A DNA stretch of 63,507 bases, the filler included, from Sphacelaria rigidula (lineage: Eukaryota), in NCBI GenBank assembly GCA_964200075.2. It is 11 parts of 11 records of this genome, joined end to end, with 100 filler letters (N's around TTAATTAATTAA, not from the genome) between each part and the next. Parts side by side here need not be neighbours in the genome. Positions count along the whole stretch, not along the records: positions 23,133 to 28,815 come from CAXNAA020025287.1; positions 28,916 to 34,597 come from CAXNAA020025288.1; positions 34,698 to 40,379 come from CAXNAA020025289.1; 8 more parts are not named here. One strand, written 5' to 3'. Under the pieces are notes generated by a model. It searched no databases. It saw nothing but the letters and a program-made list of their open reading frames with translations, and was not told where the DNA came from. The position numbers and the translations under genes were made by a program. Below are positions 23,320 to 36,762 of this stretch, piece after piece (position 1 is the first letter of the stretch; the number at the start of each line of letters is the position of its first letter).

Positions 23320-24824
23320 CAAGGGTAGGTCGAGTAGAGTATGTACTTTGAGTACTCGATTAAAATACTGAAGTGTTTACTTTACTCGACGTTTGAGTAG
23401 GTCGAGTACGGCCTCAAATACTCTACTCCAATTTTGAGTTGGTCGAGTATGGCCTCAAATACTCTACTCAAATATTGAGTAAGCACTCTCAGTAATACTG
23501 GAGTATAGAGTATCACTAGAGTATGACCTCAATACTCTACTCGAGTAATTGAGTAGGTTGAGTACGGCCTCAAATACTCTACTCAAATTTTGAGTAGGTC
23601 GACTATGGTCCCAAATACTTGATTCAAACTTTGAGTAAGCACTCTCAGTAATACTTGAGTATAGAGAGTCACTTGAGTATGACCTCAATACTCTACTCAA
23701 ATTTCGAGTAGGTCGAGTACGGCCTCCAATACTCTACTCGACGTTTGAGTAGATCGAGTACGACCTCAAATACTCTACTCAAATATTGAATAAGCACTCA
23801 CAGTAATACTCGAGTATAGAGTATCACTTGAGTATGACCTCAATACTCTACTCAAAATTTGAGTAGTTGGAGTACGGCCTCCAATACTCTACTCAAATTT
23901 TTGAGTAGATTAAGTACGACCTCAAATACTCAAATATTGAGTAAGCACTCACAGTAATACTTGGGTATAGAGTACCCCTTGGGTATGGTGAGTAACCCTG
24001 ACAGTCGGCGACTTCGTGACGTCACTTCACAAACTACGTTGAATACATGGGCCAACGGTGGTCATCAATTAGATGGGCGGCTTTACATCACAGCCAACAA
24101 GGAGTAAGAGCGAATGATGGCCATAAAAAAAATAAAAAAGCGTGCAGGGCCCTTCGACAATACCACAACATCCAAACAACATTGTTCTACCCTAGTTTTG
24201 TACCATTTGGTTTTGATCCGAATGTTTGCTGAAGTTTGACCTTGAATCAACACTCATCATGAATGGGCAACTCTAGGGATACCTCGGTATTTCCTCTACC
24301 CGAGTTTGAGTATCTTGCGTACGAACTTGAATATTGAAGATGAAGTTATGGGTTATCGGTACATCGGATCCGGCCTCAGATACTCTACTGAAATTTTGAG
24401 TAGGTCGAGTGCGGCCTCCAATACTCTACTCAAATTTTGAGTAGGTCGAGTACGACCTCCAATACTCTACTCAAATTTCGAGTAGACTGAGTATGGCCTC
24501 CAATACTCTACTCAAATTTTGAGTACGTTGAGTACGGCCTCAAATACTCGACTCAAATTTTGAGTAGATCGAGTACGACCTCAAATACTCTACTCAAATA
24601 TTGAGTAAGCACTCTCAGTAATACTTGAGTATGGAGTATCACTTGAGTATGACCCCAATACTCTACTCAAATTTCGAGTAGACTGAGTATGATCTCAAAT
24701 ATTCTACTCGAGTAATTGAGTAGGTCGAGTACAACCTCAAATACTCTACTCAAACTTTGAGTACTAAAAGTATGACTCTTCAAAAATACTGAGTATTGAG
24801 TGTACTCTACTCGACCTACCGTTG
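23320..24824. mobile_element. 1.5-kb hAT-like non-autonomous element built from palindromic minisatellites
   Basis: TIR CAAGGGTAGGTCGAGTAGAGTA / TACTCTACTCGACCTACCGTTG; perfect 8-bp TSD GTACATTT (23312-23319, 24825-24832); two arrays of ~41/73-bp units containing TACTCAAATTTTGAGTA around a ~380-bp unique core. Confidence 0.9.
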
Positions 24825-25119
24825 GTACATTTCTAGGTTCGCCAGCGCCACTCGGAACTATATCAACAGCTGTTGAAATCATTTCATACATATGCTCGCG
24901 ACCGTGTTCGATATATATCAGAGATACTGGACGTACGAGTATAATACCCAGGCGATGAGCGTGTCCAATATATATTTGAAAAATAGCACGTAGTGTATCC
25001 GTGTTCCATGCATATTTACGTGAGGATATGTCATGATGAAATCGGACTCGATGTTTACTGGCCTGCTCATATTATCCGGGGCCAGCGTGGACAGCAATAA
25101 TATACTTGTGTTGCAACAT

Positions 25120-25276
25120 CTACCATTTCTGTTCTGTTTTTGTTCACTGTTCTTCAGGAGTGTTCCCGTATTGTTTCATCTCGGTTGCGTCGATCATGTG
25201 GATAATGGCTACAGCTGGATCATGACTCCTGCGGTATCAGTGAAGGTGCAACAATCAATCAATCAATCGATCAATT
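25120..25276 (+). mobile_element. LINE/SINE-like 3' end with (AATC)n tail
   Basis: gctggatcatgactcctg...caatcaatcaatcaatc; related minus-strand copy at 47475-47690. Confidence 0.55.
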
Positions 25277-28200
25277 AGCCTATCAAACGTATTGTTCTGG
25301 TGCGACCTTGTACTGGATAGGTCTCGCATGTTTTGGACCTACGACGACGACTTCAGCAATATAAATCGCCGCCACAAAGTCAACGACATAAATAAGCACG
25401 CGCCGAATGTACAGTTCTGTGGGGGCAGCGCACTCACCGTTTTCGATATTGAAGTATTGACATGGTGATGGAACATACTAGTTAACCGCCCAAGGCGTAA
25501 GCAACGCGCCCCGCCCCCTGCTTGGAGCACGAATCCTGAAGGCGTGTCCTTGGGGTCTTATTAACGGGGTATTTTTTTTCCAGATTATTCTTCATTTTTC
25601 CCGCAAAATTGCATTTTTTCCCCCAACTTGAAAAACACATGCTACAAGAAAACCCTACTCTGCTGCAGATTTTCAGAGAAATCTGTGTTGAGTATTAAAT
25701 TGATCAATAATTGCCTGACCTGGTTGAGCAAATCAGCCCTCACACTTTTCCGAATAAGCGGATGTTTCCCCGGAAAATTCGGAGACTTCGGGGGGAAAGA
25801 TAAACCCGCTGATAGTACTCCTTTAAAAAAATTGACTGGCGGAAAAGAAAAAACGGCAGAATCTAATCTGGAAATTTCTTATTGTTTCGCGCGGTTTGGT
25901 GGCCATGGAATTTTCCCAGCACGGAACGACAAAATGAGGCGGATGTTACCGACAAACAGCAAATACCACCCCCAAGTCAATGCTCTTCATGCGGTGATCA
26001 TGACATACATCGCATCCGATAAAGCACCCGAGTAGCCCAGCCAATATTCATCAAGCAAACGGATCGCCTGTGCTCGGTTCTGTGCCCACCAGCTACTCAC
26101 TCAAGCAGCATCGCTATCCATTTCTGGACGAACGCGTCAGTTCAAACTGGCCGTTCACAAACAAAAAAAACGAGACCAAAAAAACTATCGTCATGCAGAT
26201 GGCTGCTGCTCGCTCACAACCGTACTACTTACCGCCGCTGGAACAAATTACCGTGTAGTGCGGTGCACTATGATCACCTCAGAAGGTGTCAGGTGTCTGT
26301 CTAGCATGAGTGTTGACCACGCGTTGAATAATTGCGGACATGAAGCTCTCACTAGCGGGAGCACATCACAAGCGTTTGACCTTCCAGTGATTGTTCTATG
26401 CCAATGTGTCCCACTCCCTATGCTCGCTCGGACGCTCAAAATCTAATTTTGGACCATTTCGGGCTCAAGTGAAGACCCCACGAAACACGGCGATGACGTG
26501 GACCAATCAGATCGGGTTTCCGCCATCCCGCCGCCCATTCTCGCTGAACTTTTATTTTCATATTTTTACAAGCTCTCAGCGCAAAGGCTGGATTCATCTA
26601 AACACGGTAACCCCTCTCCCTGTCCCCCTCCCCCTCCCCCATCCTCGAGCCTGGTCCGGCGGAAACCCGGCGTGCTCCATCCCGGCTTTGTAAGGATGCG
26701 AAGCCAATGGTCTTATGACTACGGCATGCATGATCATGAGTACACCCCCCTCCCCAAGGAAGAAAAGAATCCGCTCGACCGTGTTTGTCGGCTGGAGATT
26801 ACACTAGGGGGGAGAACAACCACACACACTAAATCACACACGCCGGAAGATGAGAAAACGCGTTTATTTTCGAGACAGCTATTCCCCTAGAAGATGACCA
26901 TACCCTGGACAATAGAATACACAGTCAAAAAGTGCACTGCGTACAGTATCGACTATTGCACCTACTGAATAGACAATAGATCCCATACTGCACGCAGTAC
27001 ATTTTTTTACAATGGAATCTCTTGTCCAGGGTGTGAAGATGACACACGATCACGCTAGCCCCAATACTATATTAGGAGTCGCGCCTACGCGGTCCAGTGT
27101 ATATTGACCAGGCAATATGGTTTTGCCCACGCGGTCCGATATATCTTGTTTACGTAACGTTGTCGCTTGCGACGTCTAATACATATCAATTGGGCAATGT
27201 ATTTGCAATCCTGCCGCAACAACATATGTTTGTCGGGACACATGTTCCGCGCACGACGTGTGCAATGAAAAACGTGATGTTAGCATCTTGACGCATTCCA
27301 ATACATTAATTTTCTCATTGTATATTGGACACATACTATATCGTCTCGGCTGTGAACGTCATCGTAGGGTCGCCGCCCCGCGGTGGTCTACTGGTGCAAC
27401 CCAAAACCGGTTTCGGCGGCGTTGATTTTGTTTTTGTTTCTCTCTCCTAAGGTGCATCTGAATTCCGCTTTTGGAAAACTGGGTGGCACCGAAAATATGA
27501 TGGCGTCGACACGGTACAGGAGTGCTCATCCAATCGGCGATATCACAATGCCGGGCATGTACGGGGGGAGAGATAGATGCGTTGTTCCCTTCACCCTCCC
27601 CACTCTCGTCTCGACGAAGAGAAGGGATTCAACATTTTCGGAGAAAAAAGAAAGAAATCCTCGAAAGGCGTTCCGAAACCGAGCTTCTTCGGGCTGTGCG
27701 CACCATTCCCTTGTCTCCCGCGAGCTCCGAAAACAAAAAATACGACAATTCATCAACATTCTCTACGAAAAATACTGCGTCTTGTGCTAAAAGCACAGCT
27801 CTCTAATCATCCCCACCACTAAATGAGAGACGAAGCTCAGCGCAGTTTTTTTGTTTCTGGCACAAATTGACCACCACCAAACTGCTCAACCATTGCACTT
27901 CGACCATCCACCGTTTTGCTTGCGCAAAAGTGTCCACTCCAAATCTTTCTCGAACACACCGTAAACTATGCAACCAAGCATGGTTCATCATTTTCAGTAA
28001 AATGCGGAAAAACAACCCAACCTTTAACCATGTGCAGTTTTACGCGAATAAAGAGTCCGATCTTCGTGGGCAAAACGACGGCACACGGTGCGAAATTATC
28101 GTATAGCAACCTGTAATAAGGAACGCACGGGGTGAGGAATCAAACAACAGCATTTCAGAAGGAAAACAAAAACAAAAAAACAAAGAAGTGTAACAGTTTC

Positions 28201-28915
28201 ATAATCGAAAATCCGTGTGGCGGTCGGAGCCGGATATGACCCCGCTTTTTCGTTGGAAGAGCGCTCTCACCGGCCGAAGTTCTTTTCTGTGGAACGATCT
28301 GCGGAATATTCTTTGAGCTCGTCGATCTGGAGGATCTTCGAGCATTCGAGGAACTCGGTGTGCGGAAGAATCCCAAGCCTGTCTCTTCGTCCCCTCGGCC
28401 GTCATCATCATCACCGTCTTCGCCTTTGCTGCTTGCACCTGAACGGGGGGTATCCGCACGCATCAAGAGGCGCTCATTCCAGTGCTACAGACCGTATGAA
28501 CGAGCAAACAATAACATCACGGCACGACGCACTTTCATCGATATTTTCTTGTGTTCAATTCGCCCCCTCCCCCACGTGTTGCGCGTTTGCGTTTTTTCGC
28601 GGTAGCCACGATGGTAGTCGAGCTCGATCATCTTGTGCGGTGTGGGAGAACCTCAACTCCGCACAATGGGGATCATCGTACCACGTGGTGTGTGAATGGC
28701 GAGACACCCATGAGGAAGTGTATAAGCCGTGACTGTCTCTGGAAGTGGCGATACCAAAAAATAAAGAAACTCATTGGAGGCCGTCATCCAAATGTAAGAT
28801 AATCAGTAGGCTTCGNNNNNNNNNNNNNNNNNNNNNNNNNNNNNNNNNNNNNNNNNNNNTTAATTAATTAANNNNNNNNNNNNNNNNNNNNNNNNNNNNN
28901 NNNNNNNNNNNNNNN

Positions 28916-29345
28916 CTACCCTCTCCACCAACTTCGCGTTCCCCTCCCATACTTCTCCTGCATATTCCAGCTTTGGTACGATCACGTTCATCAAGATACA
29001 TCTCTTAATCCTAGTGTCTAGGCGCAGGTCTTGGAGGATCCCGTCCAACCTGCCCATCTGCGTGTGCCTTACCCTTTTCTATTACTTTGTTTATGTGTGC
29101 ATCCCAAGAACAGTTTTTTGAGATCTCTGCGCCAAGGTGTGTATACTGGTCTACGATCGGCAATTCCTCTTTTCCCCACTTCCATTTGAACTCTACCGGA
29201 TTTGTCTTATCTCCGTTACAGACGAGTATTTGTCGACGTTCGCTGTCACTCTCCATTTCCTAGTGTATTCTAGCGCCTTGTCTATCTGTGTCTGTAGTCC
29301 TTCTGGTGTCCCTGAAATCCCCACAAAATCATCCGCGAACATCGG
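28916..29345 (-). pseudogene. 5'-truncated non-LTR retrotransposon reverse transcriptase fragment
   Basis: MFADDFVGISGTPEGLQ...WRVTANVDK; frameshift; LPIVDQYTHLGAEIS...WDAHINKV; frameshift; IVPKLEYAGEVW. Confidence 0.9.
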
Positions 29346-29992
29346 GAACGTTGAAGGTGTCATTACCGAAAAATTACGGTTTGGGGCAAAATTCGACGCC
29401 GTTGGAACCGTATTCAACACTTCTTCTCCCGTTACTACGATGTGAACTATGTGGAGACTCGGTGGGAATTGGGCTTGGAATAAGTGTTTTCAATTTCGGA
29501 TCAATTTGAAAGGTGCTGATTGGTCGAAACATATATTTTTGTCCATAGCGCCACCGCTCTAGCGTTGAACAAAAATCCGGCTATGTCACCCTTTTCGTCT
29601 GTTCATTGCGGTCAGTATGATACCACATTTTGTGCATATTGGCTGGGTATTGCGCTTGTCTTTAGCCGGGGAATAAATTTTGGGTATCCAATCTGAAGCA
29701 GCTTGTAGACGAACGAGGTTGGAACCCCGCGACTTGTATCGCTTTGGCTGGTGGTCGTGCCTTTCGAGTTTGGCTCCCCTCCTGTTTGATCTCTTATGTT
29801 GAGTGGACCAGTGGACCCTGCCCGCGATAATTATAGCAGCGGTCCTTTTTTCTCCCTCGTTCCTTCTTTTGTATCGCATCTGCGTGAATTGTTTCTGGGT
29901 CCGCTTTTTTCTTGGATTGGGAAAAAAAATTGAAACTGACTGCGATCATTCTTGGTCAACCGGCCGACCACCAGGGTGGGCGATCTGATTAT

Positions 29993-30413
29993 AACAGCCT
30001 GGATTCATTATTGAGGTTCAAAATATAAATGAATTTCAACTCAAAAACAGTGCTTTCCCTGACCTAAAGTCATGACCAATGAATTTCACATGGTCAACCT
30101 CATGCCCCCCGACCTTCTCACAACTATTTCGGGGGTTGCCCGTCTTCCGTGCCCCCAAAGTGTATACGCGGAAGCCCCAATTTCGGGCTAAAAACGTCCC
30201 CTTTTTCGCCTCGATATCGAGGTGAAAAGGTGCTTTCGCACATACTCTTCGGGGCACGGAAGACGAGCAACCCCCGAAATAGTTATAAGGAGGTCGGGGG
30301 GCATGAGGTCGTCCGTGTGAAATTCATTGGTCATGATTTCAGGTCAGGGAAAGCACTCTTTTCGAGTTGAAGCTCATTAAAATGTTGAGCCTCAGTAACG
30401 AATCCAGGCTGTT
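29993..30413. mobile_element. Foldback MITE (~185-bp arms), AACAGC-terminus family
   Basis: aacagcctggattc...gaatccaggctgtt; arms pair along their length; partial relatives at contig ends 40308-40379 and 46087-46161. Confidence 0.85.
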
Positions 30414-30442
30414 TCATCGCGTATTATCTCACCGACGATCAT

Positions 30443-30740
30443 AACAGTGTTTCGTGAGAATGAGAGTAGAGGGTGCAATTGAGAGTGGAAAGCGGTCAAT
30501 TAGTCGATGAATTATTTTTGTTCCGAAACGCCCCTTCGCGAGGCCCGATATGCCTTCTGTAGTAGTAGCTTGCCACTGAGGCCCTTGTTATTCCTGAGTA
30601 GGATATCGATGTGTAGCTGTAAGCACACGCCAGTGATGGAGGCAAAGAAAAGCACGCACGGAATGAAAAACTGGCCAAAATCAAGCGAATGTTCAAAGCT
30701 ACATCCAATCAGCGCTTTCCTCTCAATCTCACGAAACCTT
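30443..30740. mobile_element. ~290-bp MITE, reverse copy of 14865-15167
   Basis: gtttcgtgagaatgagag...ctctcaatctcacgaaac; internal sequence is the reverse complement of 14950-15120. Confidence 0.75.
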
Positions 30741-31619
30741 TGGGGATTCTTGGTTGTCCGATCGGACCTCGAAATCGATTTCCTCCCTTAGGACCCCAAC
30801 ATTTCGGTCATCAAAATCCAAATTTGTATGGCGTGTAGTAGTTGTCAATAGCTACGAGCGTGAAATGGAAGCATATTTCGAAGATTTGGTGTAGATATTA
30901 TGAAGATTGTAAAGTTGTGTTCTGCAAGGTACGGGTACGTTCTGTAGGGTATGAGATTCCTTACAGAACGTAAACAACTGTCGGGTACAAGTATGAAGTC
31001 GTACAGAAATTACAGAACTTAGCGGGCACGCGACAAAGTCGCCGACGGCCTTGGCGACTATTGCTCAAAGTTCATATAGTCTGTGCTGTACATGTCGACA
31101 ACGGCCTGGGGTTTGAGTGAGCTGCGATAGGATCTGCACTTTTGGGACCAAAACCGGCCTGATTCAGGGGTTTCGAAAATCAGGAACTACACAAGAATAT
31201 GAGTCAGGATATCCCCGTTTGCAAATAAATTGGAAAAAAACCCTGGTGTACTCTCACCTATTTTGAAAGTCGTGTTTTGGATGAGATAAAGGGTTCCTAA
31301 CAATTCTTCTCTGAGGACGTAAAAGTGCTGACCCTATCGCAGCATCACTCGTTTGATGACCACGACACAACCGCCATCAACGTGGATGCGTGCGTCTTGC
31401 TACTTGACCCTCTGGTAGCGCAGATGAATCAGCCCCGCTTGAGCCGCCACTAGCGAGTCTGGCGGTTACCCATCCTGAAGGTCTGCAGGACTGATCATGT
31501 TTCGTGTATTCACTCAGCGGCACCTCGTACCCTATCCGATCCCAAACCAAACAAGTTTTCACACGTCGAACAAGTCATTACTCGTCGAAATAAGTGCACT
31601 CGTGGATGTTTTTTGAAAA

Positions 31620-31868
31620 TACAACGAGCATGACTCGTGTGCTCGAGTAATTACTTTTTTTTTCAACGAGCAATGACTCGAGTGCTCGCCCTACAATTTT
31701 TTTCCGCAATGAGCAATGAGTTGAGTGCTCACCCATTAGTTTGTTTCCACAACGAGCAACAATTCGAGTGCTCGCCCTATTCATTTTTTCTACAACAACG
31801 AGCAATGACTCGAGTGCTCGCCCTAATATTTTTTCCACATCGAGCAATGATTCGAGTGCTCGCCCTAT
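31620..31868. repeat. ~43-bp degenerate minisatellite, ~6 copies
   Basis: Unit cgagcaatgactcgagtgctcgcccta+(t)n, partly palindromic (GAGCA...TGCTC). Confidence 0.85.
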
Positions 31869-32444
31869 GAACCTTTTTTACATGAGACCGACCCCCCACG
31901 AATAAGAGCTTGACCGTGTCTTCGTGGAATAGTAAAACATAAGTCAGGGAGCGACCTGCCCAATCAGGGCGAGGCGAAGTTTATCGACCAGACCCGAATA
32001 ACTAGCGCAGCGGCTGTTGCCGAGTGTGATTTCAATGCAAAAATAGTGTGGGGGCCCTACCCCTGGCCCAAAGAAGCCTTCCCAGGTTTCTGAACCCAGG
32101 GTGCTCGGAGCATGCCTTGTTGTATTACTTACATTCGGTAGACCGTTCCCGGGGTTCCCCAGGAGTTTTTTTGGGTCGCCTGCTGACACTAAAACGTAGT
32201 AAGTGCACGAACGCAGGGTGGAGTGGGAAAACCGGGAAGGAGTGTACATGCCACAATGTGGTCATTTTAACGAGACTCTAAACCGACGTGGGCCGTGGAA
32301 AGAGAAGAGGAGCTACCGCCATGAATTATGCTTATCCCTCTGCCGATGACTTGCAGAACACTGTGACCATGTATGTAATGGGCGGGGATGAACAAGCTGT
32401 GCATAGGCAGCTGATCTCCGTCGCTGAGAACTACGAAGAACATG

Positions 32445-32606
32445 CAAGAGAGTATGCAGCGGCGGTTGCTGCTGCGGTCGGGGAGGTGTACTACTGCACT
32501 TACTGCACTGTACTGTACTGTATGATGTATGTGCGCCGCAACGCCGATACTCTTTGAAGAGAAAATGTCGCATACAACAAAGAGGGAAATGGCGGCCCAC
32601 CTCGAC
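32445..32606 (+). repeat. Dispersed repeat shared with 46262-46398
   Basis: aagagagtatgcagcggc...aatggcggccc occurs in both contigs. Confidence 0.75.
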
Positions 32607-32659
32607 TCCCCAAGGTATATACCTGTGCTCATACCTGCAATCGGGTGTATCTATCTATG

Positions 32660-33085
32660 ACGGTACGGATACCCTAGTCCCGGGTAGGGGTATATAGGAG
32701 GCTTACAGAGCTCATAGAACTATCCGGTACCGGTATACTGGATGAAAGTCTCACAGAAATGTCAGAACTTTTCGGGTACGGTACAGAAGGCTTACCGAAA
32801 ACCGGTACCGGCAATCGGGTTGGGGTAGATTTTTTCTACAGAACTCACAAAACTGTCCGGTAGGGTATGGAGGTTGCACAGAAAATCGTATCCGCAACCA
32901 GGTATCTTATCCAAAGCGTACCCTTGCCCCCCGGTAACGATACGGGAGTCTTACAGAGATTACAAAACTGTCGGGTACCGGTATAAAAGTCTTACGGAAG
33001 TCACAGAAATGTCGGGTACGGCAACTATCCGGCAAAATTCCCCGAGTGTACAGAAAACCGTACCCTATACAGAGCACAACCTCGA
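32660..33085. repeat. Degenerate cttacagaa/gtcgggtac(c)ggtat subrepeat element; related pieces at 30910-31020 and 62455-62555
   Basis: Repeated ~35-bp motifs; atggaggttg(c/t)acagaaa is shared in reverse with ~62490; the 3' end resembles the reverse complement of 30910-30946. Confidence 0.6.
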
Positions 33086-34529
33086 AAGATCGTTATTCTC
33101 GGGGTTTTCTCATCCCCAACAAAAATCCATCCCCAAATTGTAAAATCACGTGGAAAACGGTTACATCGGGTACACTTGATGTGCGAGAAACAGTAGTAGC
33201 CCGATCGTACCCCAGAATAGTTCATTCGCGCTAGGATCTCGAGTCACCTGCCTTCCTGGTGACCGGAACACGGCCAGGGGTCGGGTGCTGCAGGCGTGTA
33301 GTAATACGTACATCCTCTAGTGGTTCTGAGGAACGCTACGGTAGGGGTGCACGACTATTTTCTGAAATAAATATTGTTGGGAGCCGTTTATCTCATGCAA
33401 AACACGACTTATGAAATATGTGAGAGTAAGCCAGCATTACTATCCCAATGTGCTAGGATATCCCGAATGGATTTGCGAACGGGGGTGCTGGGTACCCTGA
33501 CCCATGATATTGTGCCTGCCTAATCTTCAGGAGCCCCTGAATCAGACAATGTTTCCCATAACAAGTGCAACCCTACCGTGGCATTGCTCTTCTGTCCTCA
33601 CCCATCGAAGGAAGTACTCGTGGAGCCCTGTAAACTGCGTTGACGTTCAGCCGTTGGGTATTTTTCCCTCCGCTTCTGAGATACCTCCCCGTGTGCCGAT
33701 CCGACGTTCGCTCGCATCAGCAGTGCAGCTGGTAGAGCGAGGGTGTATGCAGTAACTATCGTCATGTTGTTATCGGAACAAAAGATATGAGCAGGTGTGC
33801 TGCACAGTGCCGGAATGAGAAGGGTGTGCACACCAGCTCCTCCGCACAGCTCTTCTCAGGGTTCGGTTCTTAGGATTTCTGACCACTGGCCGGGAATATG
33901 CTCGTTTTTTTGCCGTTATACATAAACAAAAAATGTCAATAATGTTGACCCCTTGAGAGAGAAGTCGTCCGTTTGAGTCCTACGTATGCTAGTGCACCAT
34001 TTTATGTGTAGGATTACACAACGATTCTCCTGTATACAGATTCTTTTTTTGTTTTTCGTTTTCCTCTTTTTGTTTTGTTTTTCTGATCACGAGCTGGAGC
34101 ATTGCAATCAGCCACGTAATGCGAGATAAGCATCTTTGTGGGAGATATCCCCTTGCAGTGACATATCAGAGACTGATGCTGCACATGTATACAGACCCAG
34201 TGCAAACAGGTACGAGGTAGGAACGTTCCGGAAGGACAACATTCCCCGAGGACCCTGTAATGCCAGGAAGAGCCTAATATTCAGGACGATCCAACATCCC
34301 CCGAGGAACCCGGTCGCTTCCAGCGACCACTCTATGTCTGACCCACTTCTTGCCTACCTCTTACAAGAGGAAATAATCGTCAGCTTCGGAGTTCCTTCGG
34401 CATCAGGCCGACATCTCTTGGGACAGCCTCTTCCTCAGTCTGCCCCCCCTTTGATACGTCCTCCTTACATCTTGTTTCGTTTTTCGTGTTTGTGTTGGTG
34501 TTTGTGTGCTGTCACTTTGTCGTTCATGC

Positions 34530-34531
34530 AG

Positions 34532-34596
<65 letters not shown>

Positions 34597-34597
34597 G
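34530..34597. repeat. (TTG)n microsatellite at contig end
   Basis: Pure trinucleotide run; a similar run lies at 17350-17403. Confidence 0.95.
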
Positions 34598-35734
34598 NNN
34601 NNNNNNNNNNNNNNNNNNNNNNNNNNNNNNNNNNNNNNNNNTTAATTAATTAANNNNNNNNNNNNNNNNNNNNNNNNNNNNNNNNNNNNNNNNNNNNAAA
34701 TCGGTGAGGGGTGGGGTGGGAGGGGGGGGGGGGGGGGGGTGGTATTTCGTTGCACGAAAAAAAAGGCTTATGAGTGTGTCAGACGACCTGCCACACTCGC
34801 GTTGCGCTTGTATTTGGTTCGAAACGATGTCAATCGGCATGAATGAGCGTCACGTATCTATATCAAGCTTATTCGAGCAACCGTTGCTGCTTTCAACGAC
34901 GATTTAACCTGGAATTTCGTGCGAGAAATGGCCCAAAATACCCCCCCCCCCTATCGTAGGGTGACTCATTCCCAAGGCCGCTTATTACGGCAAACGAAGA
35001 AAAAATGTGGAGAAGTGCTGTTATCAAGCCTCTACGCCGTTTTACGCTCGAAACGCCTCGAAAAGAGAGCTAGGCGAACTTTCACACCTAGGAGTGCCTT
35101 GCTGAACTTGCCGAGACAGCACACCTGTGCCTTTGTGTAATTTGTCTAGATTTGACCGATCTCCGAGAAAAATGAGCAGTCTCCCAAAAACAAAACAAAT
35201 TCGGCCAACAAAGATACTGCGGTCAGCCGGGAAAACGAACAGGAGTGCTGGAACCGTCTCAACGAGTACGTTAACCCGGTGATAGCTGAGAACAAATCAT
35301 GTGGGGCTTGCGTGCCTCTGTAAACGGGCAGTTTTCTGGCGTAGTGGTCCGCAAGTTAAAAGTCACGTGCCCCTTCGTGTCTTTTCTCCGATTTTTTTCG
35401 AGTGAAAAAGCTCAGGCCGTGTGTTGTTGAGACTAAGGACATGATGGGGGAAAAGAACAAGCGCCCAGAAGCAGCATGCTGGTCGATTACAGGGCGGATC
35501 TGTGGTTGCGGTGAATTAGCAACATGCTGCTTTTGAACGCTTGTTTCCCTCTTAGCTTCTTTTTCTTGTCTCGGTAAGACGAGGCCTCATCAGGCATATT
35601 TTGGCTTCTTGTCCACGCGCTACTAATTATGAAAATAAAGTTTAAGGACAGCTATCGTATACGAACAGGTATGCCGTGGACCGACTCATCATGTCAATTT
35701 TTTCCTTTTCCTTCGCACTTTTCCGATCAGAGAG

Positions 35735-36762
35735 AAATATGCTAAGGGCGTGTCTTGTCAAATTATTTTTCTATAGAAAAAGAGCAGTGGGAAATAAGTT
35801 TTCGATCTGCTAGGTCAGGATAGGTGGTCGTTTTGTCCACGTCACTCGCGTTGAAAAAATGACCGATCGAATCGAAATTTCCCTCTCCCGCCTCACCTTT
35901 TCGATAAACAAGTGACGAGCTCACGACACGTAGAGCGTGTCCTCGCATTCATATTTCATATTTCTACCGAAAACGTGCAGAGGAAGAGAAAAAAAATGAT
36001 CGGATAGGTCCACGGCAATTATTTATGTTCCTGGCTGGCTTGCTTAGCTTGTTTGGTCGACACCATGGGAGGAAGGCTCGAAGGGGCGCTTGATTCCTAC
36101 TTGCAGCCCACCACGCCAGATGCCAGCCGTTCACAGAACCATGCAAACCCCACGAAATGCATTGTCAGCTACAACCGCAACCCTGCAGCATTAGAGCATT
36201 GTATGTTTATTTTTTGTTCGCGAAGTTTTGAGCATAATATTTAATGGCATGGGTCGGCGACGGATGTTGTGTGGTGGGGTTGGCCGACCGACTTGCGTAC
36301 ACGCTCATGGACAGGGCAGGCAGCACAAAACTGCACATTGTTCGAGTCAGTTTCACGTGGCATTGTATGCAGCGGGTGCAGATAGTTCGGTGTTGTCTGT
36401 ACTGCACGTCGCTTGCCTTGTCTTCACATCCTACTGCACGAAACACGCACACACGCCCAGGCATGTAGCAGACAGAACGGACAATACCGCACTTTCCGTG
36501 TTGTAGAGAAGCAAACAAGTACCGCTTCACGAATTCGGCTGTCTTTGTTGTTTTCACTAAAGCTTGCAAATCAATTCGCTTGGACCCGAATCGCAAAACG
36601 CGAACGAATTCGCTCAAATCAAATCCATCGTAGTTATTTTATTTTTCGATCGAAAAAAGGCGTGCTAAGGCCGTGTCTCAGCGAAGTATCTTTCGATCGA
36701 AAAGGTGCGGTGGAGAAGATCGTTTCCGATCTGATGGGCCAGGATAGGTTGTCATTCACGTC
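35735..36762. repeat. Diverged ~110-bp direct repeat pair (35735-35845, 36655-36762)
   Basis: tgctaagg(g/c)cgtgtct...cgatctg...caggatagg(t)...cacgtc present twice. Confidence 0.55.

Noticed and set aside
23380..24780. CRISPR array
   Set aside because: The palindromic units are contiguous and degenerate with no unique spacers; there are no cas genes; the region is bounded by a TIR and an 8-bp TSD.
26070..26446. hAT transposase dimerisation-domain remnant
   Set aside because: RYPFL is present, but the diagnostic S-x-x-x-ER-x-FS motif is not.
34136..34645. 169-aa ORF with poly-Leu
   Set aside because: Its length comes from the (TTG)n microsatellite and Ns; no coding features.
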